From a virus, in IMG/VR virus record IMGVR_UViG_3300009093_000036, positions 32,001-96,000 of that record: a stretch of DNA of 64,000 nucleotides; one strand, given 5' to 3'. A model generated the notes under the pieces. That model saw only the letters and a program-made list of their open reading frames with translations, did no database searches and was not told the DNA's origin. Each line of letters opens with the position of its first letter. The first letter of the stretch is position 1. The translations under genes were made by a program, and so were the position numbers. Below are positions 26,411 to 35,338 of the stretch, in pieces.

Positions 26411-27221
26411 GGTCGGCCTCCTCCTCGCTGATCATGTCTAGCACCGCGGCGCGAGCTTCCGAGAGGTTCGTGGGCATCGGCATGCCCGGAGGAACCGAAG
26501 CCTCCCGTACCGCCTTCAGCGCCGCCTCCGAAATCGGTTTCGTTCGGGGCGGAGACTCGTCGTCGAGCTGGAGGTAGCTGCGGATCTCCCGCAACGCGAT
26601 GTACGCCCCGTCGTTCGTGAGGATGTCCTGAACCGCCTCCGCCTGCGATGGAGCGTTCTTCATGAGATGCAGCCGCACCTTCGCGATCGCCTCCTCGATC
26701 GTCGAGATGTGCCGAGACAGGATCCCCGTGTCGACCGGCGGCGGTGTCGAAGACCGTCCGGGGCGCTCTTCGATGGTCCGAAGACTCGCCATGGAGGCTC
26801 GCGTGAGCTTCTTGGCGGTGAGGTCGTTGATCTTCCGCTCTCGGGCGTAGAAGATCTCGCGTTCGAGCTGCTCGGGGGTCAGGCCCGGCTTCTTCACGAG
26901 GTAGCTCTGAGCTCCGGCACGAACTGCCAGAATCGCCGTCTCCATGTCCTCGCGGCCCGAGAGCACGATGACCGGAACGTTCGGCGACACCTTCAACACC
27001 TCGACGAGGGTGTCGATGCCCTGGCTGTCCGGAAGTCCGAGATCGAGCAGCACGACGTCGAACTTCTTGTTCGACAGGAGCATGGTGGCCGTCTTCAGCC
27101 AGGTCGCAACCTCGACTCCGACCCGCAGCAACGTGGCCTGAAGGAGCCTCGACTCGATGAAGGCGGCGTCGGGAGCACTGTCCTCGACGAGAAGCACGTG
27201 GATGGGGATGGCCATGTTCAC
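26400..27221 (-). CDS. response regulator, REC plus unknown C-terminal domain, 273 aa
   Basis: VLLVED, DVVLLDLGLPD, VIVLS, YLVK. Confidence 0.9.
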   Translation of the reverse strand: MNMAIPIHVLLVEDSAPDAAFIESRLLQATLLRVGVEVATWLKTATMLLSNKKFDVVLLDLGLPDSQGIDTLVEVLKVSPNVPVIVLSGREDMETAILAVRAGAQSYLVKKPGLTPEQLEREIFYARERKINDLTAKKLTRASMASLRTIEERPGRSSTPPPVDTGILSRHISTIEEAIAKVRLHLMKNAPSQAEAVQDILTNDGAYIALREIRSYLQLDDESPPRTKPISEAALKAVREASVPPGMPMPTNLSEARAAVLDMISEEEADRVG

Positions 27222-27625
27222 CTCGCCGGTAGCTTCGAGACCTGGAACCAGTACGCGCCCAGGATAGCTACCATGTCCCGAAAAGTCGTGAGCGACATCG
27301 GCTTGATGAGGTAACCCGAAGCTCCAGCTCGATACGCTCGTTCGATGTCATCGAGTGACGACGAGCTCGTGATGACGACCACGGGGATCGACTTCGTGAG
27401 CTCCTCGACCTTCAACTTCGCGAGGAGCTCGAAGCCGCTGATCTTCGGCAAGTTCAAGTCGAGCAAGATGAGGTCGACGAGCTCGTGCTCCAGCATCTTG
27501 CTGGCTTCGTCGGCTGTCACCGCTACACGCATCTCTACGCGATCGAGCGCCGAGAACGCCTTCCTGGCGAGGACGACGTCGGGAGCGTTGTCCTCGACCA
27601 GTAGAACGCGGTGCTGCACGGTCAT
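27218..27625 (-). CDS. single-domain response regulator (Rcp1-like), 135 aa
   Basis: VLLVEDN, LILLDLNLP, IPVVVITSS, DIERAYRAGASGYLIKP. Confidence 0.92.
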   Translation of the reverse strand: MTVQHRVLLVEDNAPDVVLARKAFSALDRVEMRVAVTADEASKMLEHELVDLILLDLNLPKISGFELLAKLKVEELTKSIPVVVITSSSSLDDIERAYRAGASGYLIKPMSLTTFRDMVAILGAYWFQVSKLPAR

Positions 27626-29085
27626 GCCTTGGGGAGGGTAAAAGAAAGGGTCGTTCCGTGGCCCTTGCCTCCCGATTCCGCCCAGATGTCACCGCCGTGA
27701 GCTCGGACGATTCTCTGGCACAGCGAGAGCCCGATGCCGGTCCCATCATACTCCGCCGTCGTGTAGAGGCGGTAGAAGGGAGTGAAGATCTTCGTGAGGA
27801 AGGCGGGCTCGATCCCGAGTCCTCGGTCTGTAACCTTGATCAACCACATGCGACCCGCGTCGCTCGCCGTCACACGGATGTGCGGAGGCGCCTCACTGTC
27901 ACCCTTAGGGGTGAACTTCACGGCGTTGCTGAGCAGGTTCTGGAAGACCTGCACCATCATGCCGGCATCGCATGTCACCGAGGGAAGGTTCTCCGTCGTG
28001 ATCTCCGCCTTCGACTCGTTGATCGAGACGCGAAGGTTCTCCTTCGCGATCTGAACGAGCCGCTCCAGCGACACGTTCTCCTGCGGGTTCATGTTGTTGC
28101 CGGCCCGGCTGAACCGAAGAAGGTCGTCGACGAGGTCCATCGCCCTCTTCGAGGCTGTCTCGATGAAGCCTCGATACTGCTGGGCCTCCGGAACGTTCTC
28201 GAAGAGGTGCCCGTACTCCTCGAAGAGGAGCTGCGTGTAGTTGCTGATGACTCGCAGGGGCTCGCGCAGGTCGTGCGAAGCGACGTGGGCGAAGTTCTTC
28301 AAGTCGGAGTTCGACTGCTGAAGCTTCTTGGTGAGCTGGACCTTGTCGTCGATGTCGATGAGGACGTGCATCATCTGCACGAGCTTCCCACCCTCGCGAT
28401 AGATCTGTGCTCGATCGATCACGGCCACCACACGGCCATCCGGCTTCACCAGCGAGAACTCCAACTCGACGTTGGAGACCTCCGGGTTCGCGAGGGCACG
28501 TTCCATGAGCGCACGAACGTCCGTTACGTCCGCCGGTGAGATCTTCGAGTAGAAGAGGTCGAGCGACGTTCCCAGAGACGTGGATGCAGCTCCGAGGTCG
28601 AGCATCTGTCCGACGCCAGCGTCCCAGCTCTGCATGTTCATGACGTAGTCGAACCACCACATCCCAGCCTTGGCAGATTCCAACGCCAGCGAGAGGCGGC
28701 GGTTGGTGTCGTGGACCTCCGTGATGTCCTCGAACATCGACGCAGCGACGCGAGTCCCCATCGGCAGAAAGTACATGCGGTACGTCCTTCCGAAGATCGT
28801 CCCGAGCTCCACCTGCTTCGGGTTCTGTGACTGAGCGGTCTCGTAGAGCGTCTGAACGAAGTCGGCGTTCGGCTCCTTGCCCTGCTCGGCCGTGATCTCG
28901 CGGAAGGTCTTCCCTTCCACGTGCTCGCGAGCCATGCCGTATCCCGAGACGATGCTCTTGACGCCCCACTCGTTCATGAAGACCAACTTCATATCTTGCG
29001 GGGAGGTTGCGCCTTCGGCATCCCAGACACCGATCGCGATCGGCACCTGGTGAAGCAGGGCATGGGCGAGTACTTCGTTCATCAC
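27622..29085 (-). CDS. cytoplasmic PAS-PAS sensor histidine kinase, 487 aa
   Basis: H-box ASHDLREPL, N-box QNLLSNAVKF, DRGLGI, IFTPF, GTGIGL; two PAS-like N-terminal domains; no TM. Confidence 0.93.
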   Translation of the reverse strand: MMNEVLAHALLHQVPIAIGVWDAEGATSPQDMKLVFMNEWGVKSIVSGYGMAREHVEGKTFREITAEQGKEPNADFVQTLYETAQSQNPKQVELGTIFGRTYRMYFLPMGTRVAASMFEDITEVHDTNRRLSLALESAKAGMWWFDYVMNMQSWDAGVGQMLDLGAASTSLGTSLDLFYSKISPADVTDVRALMERALANPEVSNVELEFSLVKPDGRVVAVIDRAQIYREGGKLVQMMHVLIDIDDKVQLTKKLQQSNSDLKNFAHVASHDLREPLRVISNYTQLLFEEYGHLFENVPEAQQYRGFIETASKRAMDLVDDLLRFSRAGNNMNPQENVSLERLVQIAKENLRVSINESKAEITTENLPSVTCDAGMMVQVFQNLLSNAVKFTPKGDSEAPPHIRVTASDAGRMWLIKVTDRGLGIEPAFLTKIFTPFYRLYTTAEYDGTGIGLSLCQRIVRAHGGDIWAESGGKGHGTTLSFTLPKA

Positions 29086-29089
29086 AGCC

Positions 29090-29374
29090 TCACGACCGGA
29101 AGATCTTGGAGATGCAGTAGTCCGACGTCGTCACGCCGAACACACCGGGCCCAGGGTAGCTCTTGCCTGTGGTGTCGGGATAGAGCGTGGTCCACGACAC
29201 CAACTTGGTGGCCACGGAGTCGTAGACGCGATTCTCCACAGCGAAGACGGAAGGGTTCCTCCAGAACTCGCGAGGAGCCCACCTTACCGACAACGAGAAG
29301 GCCGGCTCTTGGTTCGCGCGAAGCGTCCAGAACTCCAGCGGGGCCCACCGAACTGAAAGCGTCGTCAGAGCCAT
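29090..29374 (-). CDS. small protein with a duplicated LSVRWAPxEFW motif, 94 aa
   Basis: internal repeat visible in translation. Confidence 0.65.
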   Translation of the reverse strand: MALTTLSVRWAPLEFWTLRANQEPAFSLSVRWAPREFWRNPSVFAVENRVYDSVATKLVSWTTLYPDTTGKSYPGPGVFGVTTSDYCISKIFRS

Positions 29375-29377
29375 GGC

Positions 29378-30427
29378 TCACCCGAGGCTGGGAAGGGTGT
29401 TGGCGAGCCAGGGGACCAAGAGGCAATCGACGAAGACACGGGCCTCCGTGGCGTTCGTCGGGTCGTGACGAGCCGGCCACGAGCGGAAGGCGACGCCACT
29501 TCCCCGAAGTCGAAGAGAGGTCCCCTTCGTTCCCTGGCGAGCGGCATAGCTCGATGCGGGACGAACCCACGCGAGCTCGATGCTTGGCTCTGCCAGATCG
29601 TTGGGATCCGGCCCTACCCCCGTCAGCGTGTTCAAGCCCGAAGCCGGAACGTACGTCGAAGAGGAGTTCGTTCCTTGCGCCACCAACACCCACTCGTCGA
29701 AGCTCTCCGACGTGAGGTTCATCTTGTACCAGCCGAACCAGGTCGTGCTGTTGAAGAGAGAGGTTGCGCTCAGCGGACCACCACTGGCCGGGAACCAGGT
29801 CATGATGATGGGGTCGGCATCGAGGGCGTTGAACGAGCGGAGGGTCTCGAACATGACGACCATAGAGATCGAAGAGTTCGATGGGCCCGTGGCCCATGCG
29901 TAGAACGTGTAGCAGTCCGTGTTCGCGGCATCGGAGTATGCGAGACAGTGGAAACGCGTACCCGAAGTGGTGGACGGGTTGGTGACGCTGGTGAACGCGT
30001 TCGCAGCGCCGAGAACCTGACCCTGATCAGTGGCACTGGGAGGCACGGTCGCGCTGATCGCACCGAACCCAGTGCCGATGAACGTATCGAGGGCGGAGTA
30101 GTAGATACGCCACTGCGTGTTGCTCGTGCCGCGCTGGATGAGGATCTGCCGCTTGTTCGCCGGACAGCGCAGAACGATCCATGCGTTGTTCCGATCGAAA
30201 CCTCCTGTGCCCGTTCCCGTCCCCGTGATCTGGTTGTTCACGTTGCCAGGCGTCGTAGAGAACGTTCCGCCGGTACCTGTTCCCGAGGCGAAGTGAGTCC
30301 AGCCCGCGGTGAGAAGCGTCTGGATGATGTTCCACAGGAACTCGACGACACCGGAGCCCGAAGGCTGCGGGTTCGGAAAGTTGATGGAGCTCGCACTGTC
30401 GATGGAGCGTGTCGTGATCTTCGCCAC
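29378..30427 (-). CDS. putative tail fibre/receptor-binding protein A, 349 aa
   Basis: G/T/S-rich beta protein, paralogous to 30438..31430. Confidence 0.6.
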   Translation of the reverse strand: MAKITTRSIDSASSINFPNPQPSGSGVVEFLWNIIQTLLTAGWTHFASGTGTGGTFSTTPGNVNNQITGTGTGTGGFDRNNAWIVLRCPANKRQILIQRGTSNTQWRIYYSALDTFIGTGFGAISATVPPSATDQGQVLGAANAFTSVTNPSTTSGTRFHCLAYSDAANTDCYTFYAWATGPSNSSISMVVMFETLRSFNALDADPIIMTWFPASGGPLSATSLFNSTTWFGWYKMNLTSESFDEWVLVAQGTNSSSTYVPASGLNTLTGVGPDPNDLAEPSIELAWVRPASSYAARQGTKGTSLRLRGSGVAFRSWPARHDPTNATEARVFVDCLLVPWLANTLPSLG

Positions 30428-30437
30428 TTCGTCCTCC

Positions 30438-31430
30438 TCACGGGCTCGGCGTCGTGCCCTTGGGCCACGGGATGGCGAAACCGTTGTAGTAGACCCATGC
30501 GAGGTCGCTCGACGGGTGCTGCACGACGTCCGGGTAGTTACGAGCGATGATCGTCTTCTCGGACAGGTGATGCGAGAGCCCGAAGAAGAGCCCCGGGTTG
30601 CCGCTGCCCTGATTCAGGAAGCGCATGTACCTCACAGCGATGATGTCGTCACCACCGTCGTAGTCGTTCGCCCCCATACCTCCGGCGCTGATGCCGCTCG
30701 CATCGCTGATCGTGTTGCCGGAGCCGTTGTTGGTCCCGAACCGAGCGCAGATGATGGGGATGAGCGTGCGAGTGCTCAGGGTGGGCGAGTAGAGAAGCTG
30801 CATCGTGACCGAGAGCGAAGAGCTCGACCCCGCGGGAGAAGCCGTGCCCTGGAAGGCATGCCAGACGCACGGGTCGATCACACTCCCCAAGCTCGCGTAG
30901 CGGCTCTCGTCGGTTCGTGAAGAGAGCGGATCGCAGCAGATGAAGTCAGCGCGAGTGCTCGTGCTCTGGATGGTCCGGATGAGCCAGAAGCCCCACACAC
31001 CGTTGATGGCGGTGTCTTCGACGACGGCATGCGTGTAGATCAACGCGCTGGTGTTGAAGTTGCCCGAGCTGATGATGGTGACCTCATCCGTTGCCGTCGG
31101 ACGAGCGGAGGCTCCTGGAGAGCCACCCGTGAAGCGAGCCGAGTAGCTGTAGTAGAGGCTCCAGACTGACGCCGAGCTCTCGCGCTTGATGATGATCTCG
31201 CGGTTCCCGCTCGGGTCACGTAGACGCACCCAGCGGTTCGTGCCGTCGAGTCCTCCGGTACCCGTGCCACCGGAAACCACAGGCCCAGCCGCGCTGTTCG
31301 AGAACGTTGTGCCGTCCCCTGAGCCCTGCTGCGTCCAGCCCACGGAGAGAAGCGCGGTGACGAGGGTGTACCAAGACACGCCCATGGTGGCCGCCACCTG
31401 ATTCACGAGCGAATGTGTCGAGACCGTCAT
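30438..31430 (-). CDS. putative tail fibre/receptor-binding protein B, 330 aa
   Basis: shares LLxxGWT..SG.G, TGTGG.D..N.W..LR.P...R.I.I.R, W..YYS with protein A. Confidence 0.6.
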   Translation of the reverse strand: MTVSTHSLVNQVAATMGVSWYTLVTALLSVGWTQQGSGDGTTFSNSAAGPVVSGGTGTGGLDGTNRWVRLRDPSGNREIIIKRESSASVWSLYYSYSARFTGGSPGASARPTATDEVTIISSGNFNTSALIYTHAVVEDTAINGVWGFWLIRTIQSTSTRADFICCDPLSSRTDESRYASLGSVIDPCVWHAFQGTASPAGSSSSLSVTMQLLYSPTLSTRTLIPIICARFGTNNGSGNTISDASGISAGGMGANDYDGGDDIIAVRYMRFLNQGSGNPGLFFGLSHHLSEKTIIARNYPDVVQHPSSDLAWVYYNGFAIPWPKGTTPSP

Positions 31431-32026
31431 CAGCTCACCTCGATGCCTGCCCAGTGGATCTTGACGAGATCACCGAGGGTGGCGGCATCCAAAATAGCAC
31501 GGAGCTCGTATACCCGAGCGGTGTTGAAGATGGTGTTGGTGTTGACACCCGGAGACGCCGTCTTGGTGAGACCCTGCTGACGGTCGAGGATGTTCGAGCC
31601 CGCCGAGAAGTTGATGGAGAGCGTCGACCGAAGGACCGGCGTGATGGCGGCTCCACCCACGGGCCCTGTGTCGTAGAGGCGAACACGAGCATCGCCCGAG
31701 GTCGCAGGACTGAAGCGGCCGAACATGTGGAAGACGCTCGTCTGCTTCGTACTGCCGTCGAAGATGAAGCCTCCGATGACGACCTCGACGTTGATGAGCG
31801 AGATGTCCTGATTCAGCGCCCCGACGAAGGTGCCCTTCGCTGCGGTGCCGACATCCGACCACGTCGCCGGGTACGTCGCGCTGTCGCACTTGCGGTAGAG
31901 CAAGCTCGTCGTGTTGTAGTAGATGTCGCCCTGTCGCAGAAGTGGTTCAGCCGCAGCCGTACCGTAGTCCGTGGTGGAGGGCGGCCAGAAGCGGTTCTGC
32001 TGGGCCGGGAGGGACTTGGCCGTCAT
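31430..32026 (-). CDS. putative tail fibre-associated protein, 198 aa
   Basis: GDIYYNTT..LY..C...W motif typical of fibre segments. Confidence 0.55.
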   Translation of the reverse strand: MTAKSLPAQQNRFWPPSTTDYGTAAAEPLLRQGDIYYNTTSLLYRKCDSATYPATWSDVGTAAKGTFVGALNQDISLINVEVVIGGFIFDGSTKQTSVFHMFGRFSPATSGDARVRLYDTGPVGGAAITPVLRSTLSINFSAGSNILDRQQGLTKTASPGVNTNTIFNTARVYELRAILDAATLGDLVKIHWAGIEVS

Positions 32027-33840
32027 GCTCCACCACCCGTGTCGTTGATGTTGTTGTCGAACACGGTGTTGGTATCCGTACCGTCTGTGTCGAAGGGGGT
32101 AGTGACACCCTTGAAGGTGCAGAACTGGATGTCGTTCGAGTCGATGGTGCCCAACCCACCGCTCGCAACTAGCACTGCCTTCGAGAAGTTCCTGATGCTC
32201 AGCCCGTGGATCTTGTTCCGATTCAGGTTGCCCCCGGAATCGGTGGCGAAGAGCACTGCCCCCGTGCCGAGCGAGGACATCCCGTCGACGTAGCCACCCC
32301 GCACGCTGCAATCGATGACTCGGTCGGAAGGGTCACCATCGCCGAAAGAGAAGGCAGCTCGACCGAAGGCATCAGTGGCCGTCCACACCACCGTCGGAGA
32401 GATGATCTGCACTCCCTGCGCCTGTCGGTAGAGGAGGAAGCCCGTCTCCAGTGCATCCGTCGGTGCACACTCCACGAAGTAGCCCGGGCCGTAGTCGGAA
32501 GAGAAGCCGATGTCTCCTCCGCGCGTGATGTCGAAGGTGCTGGTACGGCAGCGGATGACGTAGAACGGGTCGAATCCCGAAGTTCCTGTTCCGTAGAAGC
32601 AGGTGAGGACGCCGCTACCCGAAGTGATGAAGCTGGGCGGCCCGTAGATCACGACGTCTTCGAGAATCGCCCCTCCCGCGAACTGAACGACGCTGTGGAT
32701 GTTGCCGAAGTTCACCGAAGCTCCGGTCAGGATCGTCCCCATGTAGATGTCGATGTTCTTGATCCGGCTGACGCTGCTCACATCGACGAACGTGGTTTCA
32801 GAGCCTCCGTTCATGGAGCCTGGGGCGTCGATGAAGATCGTGAGGTTCTCGACGGACCCGCCCTGGATGTTGAAGATCGACATCGACTGGCCGACCCCCG
32901 GGGTCATCCGGGCAGTGAGGGTGCAGCTTGCCTTACTGGCGAAGATCAGGCGGGCATTGTTGATGACGAGCGGCGTGGAAGCACTGTCACTTGCGTTCAA
33001 CGTGTAGTTGCCTGGGCGAACGAAAACGTCACCACCCTGGCCACCGAGAGAAGCGAGTGCGGCGACGATGCCGAGGCAGTTCCCGTTGTCGAGGAAGTCG
33101 CAGTCAGCAGCCGTGTCTCCTTGACCCGAGCAGCCCACCACGACCTTGTTGTACTTCTTGCCGCTGACCTGGACGGGCTTGTAGTTGGTGCCGTCGTACT
33201 TCAGCACTGAGCCCGTCGCCGGCGACGCCGCTGAAGGGTCGATCGCGATGCCGTAGAGCTTGGCGACCCGCGGGTTCGGGTACGTCAGGGCGAGGTCACC
33301 ACCAGCCGGACCGGATGGAGGGCCCGAGGAGCCGATCGAGCTCTCGACAGCCTGCACGATCTCCCACGCCCACTCCGACCAGCCCGCCCAGTTCTGCTCG
33401 GAGACGCCGAGGCCTGAGCGGTTCGGGTAGAGAGCGTTGTCGGTGGCGAGGTCAGCATCGTGGACGCTGAGCTTGTTCGCCTCCGGAGCGGTCTCGACGT
33501 AGACCGGAACACGAAGTTGAGCGTTCAACGTGCGCACCGAGGCGATGCGACGAGACTTCGTGATGACGCCGTTGTCGTTGACGGTGAGCTCGATCAAGAA
33601 CGAGCTCGGGCGCACGATCAGCCCAGCGATGCCGATCGTGACCGTCTGCCCGGTGCTGCTCGACAGCACTGCGGAGGAGCCGCGCTTGTCGATGATCTCC
33701 CACGTGTACGTGACACCAGCTCCCGGAGCCGGACTCGTCGCGTTGAGCGTGATGATCTCGCCGGGGATGAGATCGTGGCGCGAGCGTCCCGCTACCCCTG
33801 CGCCGGGGGTGACCTGGTCGATGCGGAACTGTGCCGGCAT
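32023..33840 (-). CDS. tailspike-like protein (N-terminal Ig/PKD-like, C-terminal beta-helix), 605 aa
   Basis: TYTWEI...LSSSTGQTVTI PKD-like segment; DVFVRPGNYTLN start of a pectin-lyase-like helix; TATCCT-N6-ATG. Confidence 0.65.
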   Translation of the reverse strand: MPAQFRIDQVTPGAGVAGRSRHDLIPGEIITLNATSPAPGAGVTYTWEIIDKRGSSAVLSSSTGQTVTIGIAGLIVRPSSFLIELTVNDNGVITKSRRIASVRTLNAQLRVPVYVETAPEANKLSVHDADLATDNALYPNRSGLGVSEQNWAGWSEWAWEIVQAVESSIGSSGPPSGPAGGDLALTYPNPRVAKLYGIAIDPSAASPATGSVLKYDGTNYKPVQVSGKKYNKVVVGCSGQGDTAADCDFLDNGNCLGIVAALASLGGQGGDVFVRPGNYTLNASDSASTPLVINNARLIFASKASCTLTARMTPGVGQSMSIFNIQGGSVENLTIFIDAPGSMNGGSETTFVDVSSVSRIKNIDIYMGTILTGASVNFGNIHSVVQFAGGAILEDVVIYGPPSFITSGSGVLTCFYGTGTSGFDPFYVIRCRTSTFDITRGGDIGFSSDYGPGYFVECAPTDALETGFLLYRQAQGVQIISPTVVWTATDAFGRAAFSFGDGDPSDRVIDCSVRGGYVDGMSSLGTGAVLFATDSGGNLNRNKIHGLSIRNFSKAVLVASGGLGTIDSNDIQFCTFKGVTTPFDTDGTDTNTVFDNNINDTGGGA

Positions 33841-33944
33841 GCCGGCAGGATAGCCCGACACACCCCGAAAGACGAAGCCCCCACGTCGCGCCTGACGTGA
33901 GGGCTTCTACCCTAGCGAGCCAAGTGCTCCTGGGGCGTGAGGAT

Positions 33945-34406
33945 TCAGCGTACGCCGGGCAGCGAGCTCAGGTCCAGCGGGATCCGCTCGGTGGCGAAGG
34001 AGAGATCCTGGTTCCACTGCCGAGTCGTGCTGCCGACCAGCCCGTACCAGATCTCTCGAAGCTCGTCCTTCCAGTAGCTGTTGCGATAGAGCCCGAACAC
34101 CGCCGGCTTGGCGTCCTCGGCTCGAACGACACCACCATCGCGACGCCTGATGCTCGCGCCGTAGATCCAGCCGCCTCCGAGAGCGTCGCTCACACGTCGA
34201 AGGTCAGCGGTCACACGAAGACCGAAGCCGGCGTAGGGCAAGACGAACACGGGACCTGGCGAGCTAGGCCAGAGGTCTTCTCGAAGACCATCGAGCGGGA
34301 ACTTGACGGGCCCTTCTCGACGAACGATGCGTCCGCCCGTGAGGGCCGACCAGCCCGAGGGAAGAGCCCTCGGGCTGTACGCGAGCATCGCCTGCTCAGG
34401 GCTCAC
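33945..34406 (-). CDS. hypothetical protein, 153 aa
   Basis: GTGA overlap. Confidence 0.65.
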   Translation of the reverse strand: MSPEQAMLAYSPRALPSGWSALTGGRIVRREGPVKFPLDGLREDLWPSSPGPVFVLPYAGFGLRVTADLRRVSDALGGGWIYGASIRRRDGGVVRAEDAKPAVFGLYRNSYWKDELREIWYGLVGSTTRQWNQDLSFATERIPLDLSSLPGVR

Positions 34407-35113
34407 GTCCGCTCGACCTTGTCGGGCTCGATCACCTGCGCCGGGACGTTGCTGTCGTCGAAGGTGATCTGGACGCGGCCGTCCTCGGCGGTGCCCGTGA
34501 CCTTGCCTTCCTGGCCAGCGACCTTCACGCGCTCGCCGGGGCTGAAGGTCGGGGTGTTGTCGGCGTTCTTCTTCATCATGCGGGGCCTGCCTCTCCACTT
34601 CACGCCCTTGTCGTCTCGTTCGAGGATGACGCCGGCGTGGTCGTGCATCACCTTCGCGATCGCGGCGAAAGCTTCGTCGTCGATCCCTTCATCGTTCGTG
34701 TGAACGGTGTAGAACTTGATGAAGGGCTTGTAGCCCTTGCCCATGAGCGGGATCTGAACCCCGTTCTCGGTGCGCGACCCGTGCTTGAACTCCACGTCGG
34801 GCTTGAGCGTGATCTGCGTGTCGACGTAGATCTTGTGCGGGAAGCCGTACTTCATGTCGGCGAGCTCCATGTGGGGCTTGCCGGTCTTGAACTCGTACGA
34901 CTCGAAGGTGTCGCAGAACGGGATCGTCTTCGCGAGCTCGACGAGATCCTCCGGATGGATACTCCCGCAGTAGCTGCACGTCCTCCACGGGAAGATCCGC
35001 GGGTAGCCGTCCTGGCCGATCTCGTCGGTGGGCGGACGCCACACCACCTCCTCGCTGGGAAGCTTGAAGACGCTGTGCGTGTGATGTGCCGTCGGCTTGT
35101 CAGCCCACTTCAT
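34403..35113 (-). CDS. hypothetical protein with CxxC and a C-terminal KOW/SH3-like domain, 236 aa
   Basis: RTCSYCGSIHP; FSPGERVKV...GKVTG...VQITFD. Confidence 0.7.
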   Translation of the reverse strand: MKWADKPTAHHTHSVFKLPSEEVVWRPPTDEIGQDGYPRIFPWRTCSYCGSIHPEDLVELAKTIPFCDTFESYEFKTGKPHMELADMKYGFPHKIYVDTQITLKPDVEFKHGSRTENGVQIPLMGKGYKPFIKFYTVHTNDEGIDDEAFAAIAKVMHDHAGVILERDDKGVKWRGRPRMMKKNADNTPTFSPGERVKVAGQEGKVTGTAEDGRVQITFDDSNVPAQVIEPDKVERT

Positions 35114-35336
35114 GTTCGCCCCCTTCGGTCTTGGGCGGAATGGCGACCAGCATGGCGCTGTGGAAATCCGCACTGCGGAGCTCCCCGTACGCCGCGCCGA
35201 GCGTGAACATGTCCACGCCACCTGGCTTCGTCTCGAACCACGTGCAGGTGATCATGTCGGCCTCGACACGACGAACCGTCATCCGCGGCCCGCCGCTCTT
35301 GAGGATCGCCATGTCACCCTTCGTGAACGTGTTCAT
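35100..35336 (-). CDS. YodC/DUF2158-family protein, 78 aa
   Basis: FTKGDMAILKSGGPRMTV...CTWF. Confidence 0.8.
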   Translation of the reverse strand: MNTFTKGDMAILKSGGPRMTVRRVEADMITCTWFETKPGGVDMFTLGAAYGELRSADFHSAMLVAIPPKTEGGEHEVG

Positions 35337-35338
35337 GT

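Noticed and set aside
27632-27672. Terminator-like hairpin at the 3' end of the kinase gene
   Set aside because: Pairing is imperfect and it lies within coding sequence overlapping the next gene's SD.
26400-29085. Two-component genes as host chromosome flanking a prophage
   Set aside because: Virion-like genes lie on both sides with overlapping or near-abutting codons; no integrase or att-like repeat was seen.
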